This document shows positions 46,761 to 57,057 of a stretch of 64,000 nucleotides of DNA, piece by piece. The notes under the pieces are model-generated. The model saw nothing but the letters and a program-made list of their open reading frames with translations. It ran no database searches and was not told the DNA's origin. Each line of letters begins with the position of its first letter. Within the stretch, counting starts at the first letter, position 1. The stretch is from the NCBI GenBank assembly GCA_004431415.1, contig QPMI01000058.1, positions 248,001 through 312,000 of the forward strand, in the 5' to 3' direction. Source of the DNA: Cyanophora paradoxa CCMP329 (Eukaryota; Plantae; Glaucophyta). Both the position numbers and the translations under genes were made by a program.

Positions 46761-49442
46761 ATGACCCTATCGGACAAGCTCGGCAATCTGCGCAAGTTTA
46801 CCCCTGGAAAGGTAACATCTGGTATGTTTCTTAAAAATGTCAAAGCATCTCGAGATGCTGATAATCTCATGGAACTGGATGATGATGTTATTATTGATTG
46901 TATCAATAAGAGTTTGAAAAAACGACTGCATCCGAACTGGGCTGAATGGATCCAACCCGATCAAGTAACTCGGGTTTATCTTGATCTTGATCGGTTCGTG
47001 GATTTGAAGCCAAATCTTGAAGATAATTACAAGGAAGCCGAAGAAATCGTTAGAGAGATGCATAAGAAATTACATGATCTGACCGCCGCTACTATTTCTG
47101 TATCTGTTCGTCATCGTCGTGTTCACCTTCTAAAAGAAGATGTTGACAAATTTAAGGTCTCTGCCCATTTCGTTTTCACTGATCTATGTTGTCGCCATGA
47201 AGATATCCCAAAACTCTTTAATGAAATGGGGCTTGAAAAAAATGTAGAATTTGACAGTGGGGTTTACCGTACGACACAGAACCTTGTGGGCCTTGGTTGT
47301 TGCAAGGGAATAGAGGTAGATTTGGAGAACACTCGGGCGCGCGATATTGATAAGAACGTTCTATTTACTAAGTTTGTCGATTGCAAGGACATGCATGATT
47401 GTGATTTCTTCGTTCAATTTACCTATTGCCCCACATTTCTGGTGGACAAGACAAACTTTCACGTCTTCTCAGTGAATAAAACAGAGAAGAAGGAAGCGGA
47501 GCCGAAGAAGGAAGCCGAACCAAAGAAGGAAGCAAAACCGAAGAAGGAAGCCGAACCAAAGAAGGAAGCAAAACCGAAGAAGGAAACCAAGAAAACCACT
47601 AAAAACGAAGCTGAGAAAGAAGAGGTGGAAGAGGAAGAGAAAGGTGGCGAAGTTTCGTTTGATCTTCTGTACGGAGTTGTAATGGGGCTGAGTGCTGAAC
47701 GCGCGGATACCTATAAATCATGGATTGATACAGGTATTGCAATCATCAATGCTTGCGAAGACAACAAGATACCACGTAAGCAGCAATTTGAGATATTCCA
47801 TGACTTCTCACAAAAAAGTGAAAAGTTTGATTACGACGAATGCAATGACAAGTTCATGAGTCTTTGCAAAGGCAAAAAGATGGTTGAAGGTAAACGACTT
47901 ACATACGGTTCAATTGTCTATTGGTTGAAAAAAGACGACATCGAAATGTATAACGAACTGTTTCCGCGTAAATACGCATTCTTGCCGGAAGATTCTGATG
48001 ACATCGATTATAAGACCGCAAAGATCCCGCCAATCGTTGAGGATTACGCCACGCATCGTCTTTATTTCAATGCGAGAATGCACCACATTGAAATGCTGGG
48101 CATTGTGATGCATTGGGATGAACAACAGCTTGCGTGGATCCCGAAAGATAGCCAAAAACTCGGCTCCAAACACTATCCCCACCTGATGCATAAAATCGTT
48201 CTGAACAAGGGAACCGATAAAGAAGTTGAGAAATGGATCCCCTCATTTCCGGAATGGATCAAAGACCCACAGGCTACACGTTCCATGTACGTGGATTTCC
48301 TCCCGCCTCCGGCTAAACTGAGCGCCAAATGCAAATCTGTGTTTAATCTGTATCCTGGCTTTAAGATTGATCATGAGGTAGATGAAATCAAGGAATCACT
48401 ACCGGAGGATGTGACCGAAGATATGATTAAGCCGTTTCTCACACATCTTCACCTGATGTCGGGAGAAGACGATAACACATACCAATACCTTCTTAAATGG
48501 TTCGCGCACATGATGCAAAAACCTGGTGAGCTTAACGGAGTGTCAATTATCCTAATTGGTGAACAAGGCACTGGTAAAAACGTGTTGTTTGATCTGTTCG
48601 AGAAAAGCATTCTTGGTGATGCTCTTTCATATTCGACCGGCAAACCGAAAGATGACCTGTTCGGGCGCTTTGCTCACAATCGCGAGGACAAGATCTTAAT
48701 AGTTGTTAATGAGGCATCGGGGAAAGACACATTTGAAAATAGCGATATTCTTAAAGACCTTGTCACTACTAAAACAATTACTATTGAACACAAGGGAATA
48801 GATTCATACGACAAGAAGAATTTCGCGCGCATTGTGTTTACAAGTAACAACAGTGTCCCTGTGAAGATCGAAGCGGGTGACCGTCGATTTGTTGTAGTAG
48901 AAGTGAGTAAGCGATACTGTAAGAATGTGGAGTACTTCACTCCTCTTCTGAAATGGTTAAATGATATTCGGAATATCCGCAACATCACCCACTTCTTGCG
49001 CACAAAGGTGGATTGTGATAATATCAACTGGCAGGAGGAGCGCCCCAAGACCAATAAGTATTATCTGGTTCAGCAAATCTCCGCACCTATCATTCTCATG
49101 TTTGCAAAGTGGTTAATGGATAGTGGGGAGATTACCGAAATCAAGTGTAAGTTAAGCGGTCTCGCTTCTACATGGGAGTTATTCAAGACCTTCATTACGG
49201 AAAATAAATATAAGAACGATTACAACAGTAAGCGTTTCTATACGGAGATGCGCGGCACTTCATACATTCTTGTGAAAACCGCAAATGGTAAGCCATACTA
49301 CCATTTCATCTGGAACGAAATGTTGGCGGAATTCCGTAAGCTGAAGCTAATTGATGATGATTCGATTAAGGAAGAACCAAACCCTAAGATTCCCGCCAAG
49401 AAAGCCGGGACGAAATTCGAAGATTCCGACGTTGAAGCGTAA
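46761..49442 (+). CDS. AEP primase - PriCT - D5-like SF3 helicase
   Basis: AEP motifs VYLDLD and SAH; PriCT-2-like LSAERADTYKSWIDTG; Walker A GEQGTGKN, Walker B IVVNEA, FTSN and GDRRFVV; KKEA(E/K)P repeat linker. Confidence 0.92.
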   Translation: MTLSDKLGNLRKFTPGKVTSGMFLKNVKASRDADNLMELDDDVIIDCINKSLKKRLHPNWAEWIQPDQVTRVYLDLDRFVDLKPNLEDNYKEAEEIVREMHKKLHDLTAATISVSVRHRRVHLLKEDVDKFKVSAHFVFTDLCCRHEDIPKLFNEMGLEKNVEFDSGVYRTTQNLVGLGCCKGIEVDLENTRARDIDKNVLFTKFVDCKDMHDCDFFVQFTYCPTFLVDKTNFHVFSVNKTEKKEAEPKKEAEPKKEAKPKKEAEPKKEAKPKKETKKTTKNEAEKEEVEEEEKGGEVSFDLLYGVVMGLSAERADTYKSWIDTGIAIINACEDNKIPRKQQFEIFHDFSQKSEKFDYDECNDKFMSLCKGKKMVEGKRLTYGSIVYWLKKDDIEMYNELFPRKYAFLPEDSDDIDYKTAKIPPIVEDYATHRLYFNARMHHIEMLGIVMHWDEQQLAWIPKDSQKLGSKHYPHLMHKIVLNKGTDKEVEKWIPSFPEWIKDPQATRSMYVDFLPPPAKLSAKCKSVFNLYPGFKIDHEVDEIKESLPEDVTEDMIKPFLTHLHLMSGEDDNTYQYLLKWFAHMMQKPGELNGVSIILIGEQGTGKNVLFDLFEKSILGDALSYSTGKPKDDLFGRFAHNREDKILIVVNEASGKDTFENSDILKDLVTTKTITIEHKGIDSYDKKNFARIVFTSNNSVPVKIEAGDRRFVVVEVSKRYCKNVEYFTPLLKWLNDIRNIRNITHFLRTKVDCDNINWQEERPKTNKYYLVQQISAPIILMFAKWLMDSGEITEIKCKLSGLASTWELFKTFITENKYKNDYNSKRFYTEMRGTSYILVKTANGKPYYHFIWNEMLAEFRKLKLIDDDSIKEEPNPKIPAKKAGTKFEDSDVEA

Positions 49443-49444
49443 CA

Positions 49445-49680
49445 ATCACACCCCACCCTACACCCCACCCTACACCACACTCCCCATAACCTCCTTGCAT
49501 TTTCTTATTTTTATAAACTATTTTATAGATTGATTTGTATGTGAATATAGTAAATAATAGAGAAGGTGGGAAGGTGGGGTGTGGTGGGGTCAAATTTTAA
49601 GAAAAGTTGGGGACGCTCAAAATTCTAAGGAATTTAAAAAACATGCCCCACCTGACCCCACCCGCCCACCCTATCGAACG
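49445..49680 (-). repeat. Third, inverted copy of the GGTGGGG module directly downstream of the primase-helicase (candidate origin)
   Basis: Reverse complement aligns with 39712-39940 (GGTGGGGCATGTTTTT; AAATTTGACCCCACCACACCCCACC; GGTGGGGTGTAGGGTGGGGTGT). Confidence 0.85.
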
Positions 49681-49720
49681 CGTTGAATATCCAAAATAAA
49701 AATGTTCCTTTATAATAAAG

Positions 49721-51964
49721 ATGCCCCGCCAAACTAATCGACTCATCAAAGAAAAGAAAAATGAAATTATCGGATTGTTAGGAACTCTCTTAGTAACCGG
49801 TGAGATTACCGAAGCGGAATTTGATAGAGAAGCCGCCATTTTAGATAGAAGACCACGATTAGGTCAACTCACAGAAATAGCAAATGATCTTTATGATCGC
49901 ATGCAGAGAATGGAGGAATTTATGGGTGAAGGACAAAGATTAGGAGCAATTGACCCGGACATTGAAGATGGACAAGCAATGAATCAAGCGTATTCATGGT
50001 TAACTTATCGCGCCCGAAACGAAGTAGTTGTAGATGCTATCGATTTTCTTGAAAGAATCGCACCAAGTCTACCGCAACGCATTAAACCCCGCTTAGATCA
50101 ACTAAGAGCGGTTAAGGTTCGTCTAACTTTCGTTTGTAGATTTACCAAAGTTGCAAATCCTCGAATCTTTATAACGAAATTCATACACAGCGATTATTTT
50201 GTAATCACTAAATCCCGTAACATTAACACCGAAGTTCGTAAAGCATTACAGAAAATGCAAGAAGAAATGATCCAAGTAGATAGTTACCGTTTGCAACGCA
50301 TTGAAATACTAAGAGGTGTCATTATGTCATATGCGCCGGTTGGCGGTTGTTATTTCGCAACTCCCGAATGGATCGCATCCAAGAAAGCTACAATAAACGT
50401 AAAAAATATCGATGGGCAAGATTGTTTTAAATATGCTATTTTGGCTTACCTTCATCGAAAGGACATTAACAAACATAAGAGTAACGAACCTTACCAATAT
50501 CGCAGATGGTTAAATGAACTCAATTTTGACGGTATTCAGTTCCCGGTAGCATGTGATGCTGAGGTAATCGATCGTTTCGAAGAATTGAACCCGGATCTCT
50601 CTATTAATATTTACGGTGCTGATAATGAGAAACAGTGTTTTTATCCTCTTCATCAATCAAGTAACCCAAGACGAAAGACCAAGATTAACCTTTTACTCAT
50701 TGAAAACACCGAAGACGATAGGGGACACTACATAACAATCATGTCATTTAGTCGTCTTTTAAAGACCACGTTCGATAAAGCATGTGACGGGCGCATTTAC
50801 TATTGTGAAACCTGTCTATCACGTTTCAGAACTCAGGAGAAATTAGACCTACATACAGAAGCAAACCGATGTATCGATTGGAGGGAGAGCAAAGGCAAAT
50901 GTCCGAAGCCGGGAAGTACAATAGAATTCGGTCTACAACATCTACGAAAAACGGTTTGGCTTCCTGTGATCTGTTATGTTAAAATTGAAGATCATTCGGT
51001 AGCAATAGATACACTGAGAAGTAAAAGAGAGATTAAAGCAGTCTCACTGAGAGTGATTATGGGTGAAGAAATGAAACTATACCATTTTGAAGGAAATGAT
51101 CCACTCAGTTCTCTATTTGCAACTCTACAAGAGATCAGACCCGAAGTAATTGAAACGCTTTTTAGAAATATCCCAATGCATCCACTCACTGAAGATCAAA
51201 AGGCAGAATACAAGATAACAAAACACTGTTATATTTGTTCTCAGAGATTCACCCACGAAAACTTCCCGGTTCGCGATCATTGTCACCAATCCGGTGATTT
51301 TATCGGGAAAGCATGCCGAAACTGTAACCTTCATCGCCGAATCTCAAAACAAAGCAAAGTAGCAATTGTGGTTGATAAAATGGATGAATGTGGACACGGG
51401 ATATTCCGCAAGATCGCACAACAAGACGATAAACTACGTGTTGAAATTTTAAGCAAGAACTTTAATCAATACCTATCCCTTCAATGGGGCATGTGGAAAT
51501 TCATAGATGCATCACATTTTATGGATTTCCAAAGTGAGAATGTCGATGATCTTATGTCTAAATTCGAAGAATTCCGTAAACTTGCATATTCTCAATATGG
51601 ATTAGATCCCGCACATTACGTTAGCGCACCTGGTTTATCCTGGGACGCTATGCTCAAACATACGAAAGTTAAGATTGAACTTATCGATGATGTAGAGAAA
51701 TACGAATTTATTGAGAAAGCCATTCGCGGCGGATTTGCTACCATGCCCACACGATATGCAAAAGTAGAAGAACCGGATGATCACATAGTATTGTTGGACG
51801 CGAATAATCTTTATGGTTATGTACTTAGCCAACCACTACCGATTGGAGATTATCGATGGGAAGAGATCACAGAGCTCAGCTTGGCGCGGTGTCTCCAACA
51901 ATTAAATCCGCGGATCCTTACCATTCACCGTAACAGCATCGAGTCTAATCGAAAATCACCGTAA
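49721..51964 (+). CDS. Truncated Polinton-type protein-primed DNA polymerase B with endonuclease VII-like zinc module
   Basis: INVKN..DCFKYAI, CYIC...VRDHCHQSG.F.GKACRNCN, YGLDPAHY.SAPGLSWDAMLK, FIEKAIRGG and motif A LDANNLYG; similarity ends at ~51870, with no motif B or YxDTDS. Confidence 0.85.
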   Translation: MPRQTNRLIKEKKNEIIGLLGTLLVTGEITEAEFDREAAILDRRPRLGQLTEIANDLYDRMQRMEEFMGEGQRLGAIDPDIEDGQAMNQAYSWLTYRARNEVVVDAIDFLERIAPSLPQRIKPRLDQLRAVKVRLTFVCRFTKVANPRIFITKFIHSDYFVITKSRNINTEVRKALQKMQEEMIQVDSYRLQRIEILRGVIMSYAPVGGCYFATPEWIASKKATINVKNIDGQDCFKYAILAYLHRKDINKHKSNEPYQYRRWLNELNFDGIQFPVACDAEVIDRFEELNPDLSINIYGADNEKQCFYPLHQSSNPRRKTKINLLLIENTEDDRGHYITIMSFSRLLKTTFDKACDGRIYYCETCLSRFRTQEKLDLHTEANRCIDWRESKGKCPKPGSTIEFGLQHLRKTVWLPVICYVKIEDHSVAIDTLRSKREIKAVSLRVIMGEEMKLYHFEGNDPLSSLFATLQEIRPEVIETLFRNIPMHPLTEDQKAEYKITKHCYICSQRFTHENFPVRDHCHQSGDFIGKACRNCNLHRRISKQSKVAIVVDKMDECGHGIFRKIAQQDDKLRVEILSKNFNQYLSLQWGMWKFIDASHFMDFQSENVDDLMSKFEEFRKLAYSQYGLDPAHYVSAPGLSWDAMLKHTKVKIELIDDVEKYEFIEKAIRGGFATMPTRYAKVEEPDDHIVLLDANNLYGYVLSQPLPIGDYRWEEITELSLARCLQQLNPRILTIHRNSIESNRKSP

Positions 51965-52077
51965 GGCTCAGTGTCACGATCGATAATTTCGGTTTCACGA
52001 CCGATCTTCATCGATTCACTCGATCCAATTCATCTTTTTATGCGCGGTGTCTTCTCAATATGGATTAGATCCCGCAC

Positions 52078-53778
52078 ATTTCGCAACTCCCGAATGGATC
52101 GCATCCAAGAAAGCTACAATAAACGTAAAAAATATCGATGGGCAAGATTGTTTTAAATATGCTATTTTGGCTTACCTTCATCGAAAGGACATTAACAAAC
52201 ATAAGAGTAACGAACCTTACCAATATCGCAGATGGTTAAATGAACTCAATTTTGACGGTATTCAGTTCCCGGTAGCATGTGATGCTGAGGTAATCGATCG
52301 TTTCGAAGAATTGAACCCGGATCTCTCTATTAATATTTACGGTGCTGATAATGAGAAACAGTGTTTTTATCCTCTTCATCAATCAAGTAACCCAAGACGA
52401 AAGACCAAGATTAACCTTTTACTCATTGAAAACACCGAAGACGATAGGGGACACTACATAACAATCATGTCATTTAGTCGTCTTTTAAAGACCACGTTCG
52501 ATAAAGCATGTGACGGGCGCATTTACTATTGTGAAACCTGTCTATCACGTTTCAGAACTCAGGAGAAATTAGACCTACATACAGAAGCAAACCGATGTAT
52601 CGATTGGAGGGAGAGCAAAGGCAAATGTCCGAAGCCGGGAAGTACAATAGAATTCGGTCTACAACATCTACGAAAAACGGTTTGGCTTCCTGTGATCTGT
52701 TATGTTAAAATTGAAGATCATTCGGTAGCAATAGATACACTGAGAAGTAAAAGAGAGATTAAAGCAGTCTCACTGAGAGTGATTATGGGTGAAGAAATGA
52801 AACTATACCATTTTGAAGGAAATGATCCACTCAGTTCTCTATTTGCAACTCTACAAGAGATCAGACCCGAAGTAATTGAAACGCTTTTTAGAAATATCCC
52901 AATGCATCCACTCACTGAAGATCAAAAGGCAGAATACAAGATAACAAAACACTGTTATATTTGTTCTCAGAGATTCACCCACGAAAACTTCCCGGTTCGC
53001 GATCATTGTCACCAATCCGGTGATTTTATCGGGAAAGCATGCCGAAACTGTAACCTTCATCGCCGAATCTCAAAACAAAGCAAAGTAGCAATTGTGGTTG
53101 ATAAAATGGATGAATGTGGACACGGGATATTCCGCAAGATCGCACAACAAGACGATAAACTACGTGTTGAAATTTTAAGCAAGAACTTTAATCAATACCT
53201 ATCCCTTCAATGGGGCATGTGGAAATTCATAGATGCATCACATTTTATGGATTTCCAAAGTGAGAATGTCGATGATCTTATGTCTAAATTCGAAGAATTC
53301 CGTAAACTTGCATATTCTCAATATGGATTAGATCCCGCACATTACGTTAGCGCACCTGGTTTATCCTGGGACGCTATGCTCAAACATACGAAAGTTAAGA
53401 TTGAACTTATCGATGATGTAGAGAAATACGAATTTATTGAGAAAGCCATTCGCGGCGGATTTGCTACCATGCCCACACGATATGCAAAAGTAGAAGAACC
53501 GGATGATCACATAGTATTGTTGGACGCGAATAATCTTTATGGTTATGTACTTAGCCAACCACTACCGATTGGAGATTATCGATGGGAAGAGATCACAGAG
53601 CTCAGCTTGGCGCGGTGTCTCCAACAATTAAATCCGCGGATCCTTACCATTCACCGTAACAGCATCGAGTCTAATCGAAAATCACCGTAAGGCTCAGTGT
53701 CACGATCGATAATTTCGGTTTCACGACCGATCTTCATCGATTCACTCGATCCAACTCATCTTTTTATGCGCGGTGTCT
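52078..53778 (+). pseudogene. Tandem duplicate (offset 1726 bp) of 50352-52052: 5'-truncated pPolB copy
   Basis: Same translated sequence (ORF 52047-53690, no ATG start); one substitution noticed (52029 T vs 53755 C). Confidence 0.9.
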
Positions 53779-54218
53779 CCCACAATTCCGCAAGATTCCG
53801 CTCGATACACAGTATGAAGACCACTGTACGATCGATTCCGCTTGATACACAGTAAGAATTCGTCTTTTTTCGCGCGGTGACTTCGTTAAGTCGGCAGAAT
53901 GCCTCTTCTCCCACGATTCACAGTTACTTTTAACCAAAAGTTTAATAAAAATAAATCATGCACGACTTCTTAGATTATACTCGAACCTTGAAGAGGGCGT
54001 CGCGACGATTCCGAATCTGTTTTCAGAATTAGAAACGGAGCAGTTGGTGAAGAGTTACATGCGTTTATCGGTTGACTCAACTTGACTTGCCGGCGATAGA
54101 GTCGACGTCTCCGTGTATATATGTGCATATATACACACATTTTCACCAGAAATTCCGTTTGACCAAACCGAGATTACGGAGGTTTTGTGTATATATGCGG
54201 TATATATAACGAGAGTTG

Positions 54219-54499
54219 TGTCGCGTGCGAGATTAGTGTGTCTAATCGTGCGCGCGGGAAGCCCGTGCGGAGTGCAAGCTCGGCAGGGCGGGGAATGGCG
54301 AGTGTCACTGCTGTCGTCGCTAAGATCCAACTCACTGGGTGTACCCGTCCAGATACGGCGTACCCCGACACGAATACAAGTGACCGCGGCGCTCTAACTA
54401 GCCTAGGCGCCGTCGGTCCAGCAGCTCGAAGGCTGACGTGATCTAGAGCCCTAGCGGCTCACATATAAATGAGCATCCGCTATAATGTCGGATGCGACA
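54219..54499 (-). repeat. 3' LTR (281 bp)
   Basis: TG...CA ends with 6-bp terminal inverted repeat; appears identical to the other two LTR copies. Confidence 0.95.
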
Positions 54500-54514
54500 A
54501 CTCCTCCTCTCGGA
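54500..54514 (-). promoter_or_regulatory. Polypurine tract
   Basis: Minus strand TCCGAGAGGAGGAGT immediately precedes the 3' LTR. Confidence 0.85.
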
Positions 54515-57057
54515 TCCCGCGTCCGCGCGGGTCTAAATAAATACATATCAACCGGCTACTGCCGGGAATCGAAAAAGGCTCAACGTCCGTCCGTGGCCGG
54601 CAACTGCCGGGAATAGAAAAGACACCAAGTCCGGCTATGTACATGTCCATGCCCGGCGTCGACTGCCGGGAATAGAAAAGACTGATGCCCGGCAAGTGCC
54701 GGCACGACTCCAGCGTGTAGTGCCCAGGGGGCGAGGTCCAACTTCGGGCCGGCGGCCCAGGCAACCCGCACGAGGCGAGCGGAAGGGGACGGAAGCCGAG
54801 GGGGCCCTGCCCTCATCGCGATTGTGCAGCACGTTAGCTGCAAAGGCACACGCTGCAACAGCAACGCGGGGCGCAGCGCTCGCGACAGCGCTCAGCAGCC
54901 CACAGCGAAATGCCCGTCCCAAAACTTAGGGCTAAGCAGCTCGACTAGCGCCGCTGCTCAGGCAAACACCGTGCCTTCACTGCATTATCACGGCGTCGGA
55001 TCGGGAATCCCCCGACGGCGGTGGAGCTAGAATCTCCAGGGCGAGGCTAGACGCCGCCCACAAGGTGCCCTTCCACGCCATTGCGCGACGGGAGGTACCC
55101 TGCCCGACCCGCGGGTGCACATCTATTAAAAGGGGACGTGGCCCTCTCAGGCGGTCCGCCACCAAGCGTCCCTGGTGCGGAGCCCTGCTGGGGGTATTTT
55201 TTGCTTCCCCGTCGTCGTACCCGGGGCAGGAACCCGGCGTCACGACCGCCTGCGTGTACCCCTGCCGACGCAAGGCGCGCCCTGGTACCACACCAGGTCT
55301 TACACGGAGGGGGAATTTGTCATCCCCTGTCGCTGTACCCGGGGCAGAACCCGGCGTCACAGCCGCCCACCGACCCTTCTGCAGACGCAAGGCGCGTCCT
55401 AGGGCTCGGCTAGGTCTTTGCAAGGGTCTTCCGCCCTGTCACCGTGCCGAGCTGTGCTCAAGGACAACGGCCGCCCGCAGCGCACCACTTCTGCTCGGGA
55501 CTTTCGCGATATTTCGCGGGCGCTTGGCCCTTCTCAGCCCAACCCTTCACGGGTGGCCTCTTGTGCTCGCTCTGCTCGGAGGCAGGCATCGCCGCTTCTT
55601 GTCCTCGCCCTCGTGTGGGGCCGGGACGCGGCTTGGAGCCGGCTTTCTCAAGCCGCTCCTGGCCAGGACCACCCGCCGTCACGACCGCGCCCTGGGCCGG
55701 GCCGGCCACATGCGAGACGAGACTCACGATCGTGGGGTCCTTCTGGCGCCGCCTCAACAGGCTGGCCGCCGGGTCTCAAAGCTCTTAGCTTGTGAGCAGG
55801 GCTCGCAGCCCGTCGCACCACTCGGCCTGCAGCCACAGTGTGCCGCCTGGATGCCAACTCGTCGGGCAGTTCACCAGGTCTTTGGGCGGGGCACTGGGCC
55901 CCTCGCCCCGCTAACGTTCAGTCCGGATCCGATGATCCCGGAACAGACCCGCGCGGCCTGGGCGCCAACTTGGCGGGCGTCACCAGGACTTGAGTTCAAA
56001 GAACTGCAAAGCTCATGGCAGAGCCTGCTATTGCCTGGCCGCCTCGGGGCGCGCCAGGACTTTATTTCAGGGCTCGAGCTCTCGAGGGCACCTTGTGCTC
56101 AAGCTCGGAGGCTCACGATTTTTGCAGGGGCTCACGGGCCGCCTGTCAAGCTCACGGCATGCCATCAGGCGCTCGCCGGCTGGCATCGTGCCTCAGGCAT
56201 ATATGCATCAAGCTTCTCTTGAGGGTGCATCCCGAGCTCAAGGCTCCGTGGATCACGTCTCATCTCGCAACGGCAGCAAGGCCGCTTGCTCGCTCAAGTG
56301 TGGGGTTCGAGCTCAAAGCCTCCCGCGAGGGCCAGCTGCAGCTGCAGCTTGGCGGCTCGGCTCATGATCAGGCTCAAGCCTTTGAAGCTCTGACCGCAAG
56401 GCCTGAGGCCACTTTTAATTTCTGGATTTCGCAAGGCCCATGGCCGCACTCAGCAACTGCAGTGCGCCGCGCGAAATCGCAGGCTTTCGACGAGAGAGTC
56501 TCGGAGGGACTCCTCCTCTCGGAAAGACTGGTACCCGCTTGGGTTTGAGATCAGATCTCGGCCACCGGCCACGGATCTAAATTGAGGGAAGCAGGAGGGC
56601 TCGCAATTGCGGCACCGGCCGTGGCGCCTCTTCGCAGGCTTCAGCGAAAGAGGTACTCCTCCTCTCGGAAAGAGGGGCACCCGTGGCCGCTCAGGGTGCT
56701 CGAAAGCACGCGATTGGGGCTCTTCTTTCGCGAGTGCTATTCGATCTTGGCCAGCGGCCACAGATTCAAGCAAGCCTCGGGGCGGGAGGGCGAGCGGCAG
56801 CGCTTGCACTGCTCGTGCAGCATGCCCGTGCTCACTCCTCCTCTCGGAAGACGTCGTCCCCGACGTCTGAAATTATGTACAAATGTACAAATATACACCC
56901 TGCTCAGAGGCAGGTATATGGGCCGCTTATTACAGCGACACATGGGGCTCTCGCAGGGGAGGCCCAGGCTCCGCGAAAAATCGGATCGCGGTTACGAGCA
57001 GGGCTTTTCTGGCGGCTGCCCAAGCCAGCCAGACCCTAGTGCAGCTGGTGCACTTGC

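Larger units (their letters stand above)
38994..53600. mobile_element. Endogenous Polinton-like virus PLV-A (right end disrupted within pPolB)
   Basis: Sharp GC-to-AT shift at 38994; compact intronless genes for penton x2, DJR MCP, A32-like ATPase, primase-helicase and a pPolB-like protein. No integrase or protease is seen in the window. Confidence 0.9.

Noticed and set aside
38994-53600. Canonical mavirus-type virophage or Maverick/Polinton
   Set aside because: No maturation cysteine protease or rve integrase in view and no TIR pair identifiable; a PLV-type call is safer, though the missing right part could hold such genes.
55065-56222. 385-aa antisense ORF in the LTR element as pol or env
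   Set aside because: No protease, RT, RNase H, integrase or envelope motif; long ORFs arise by chance at this GC content.
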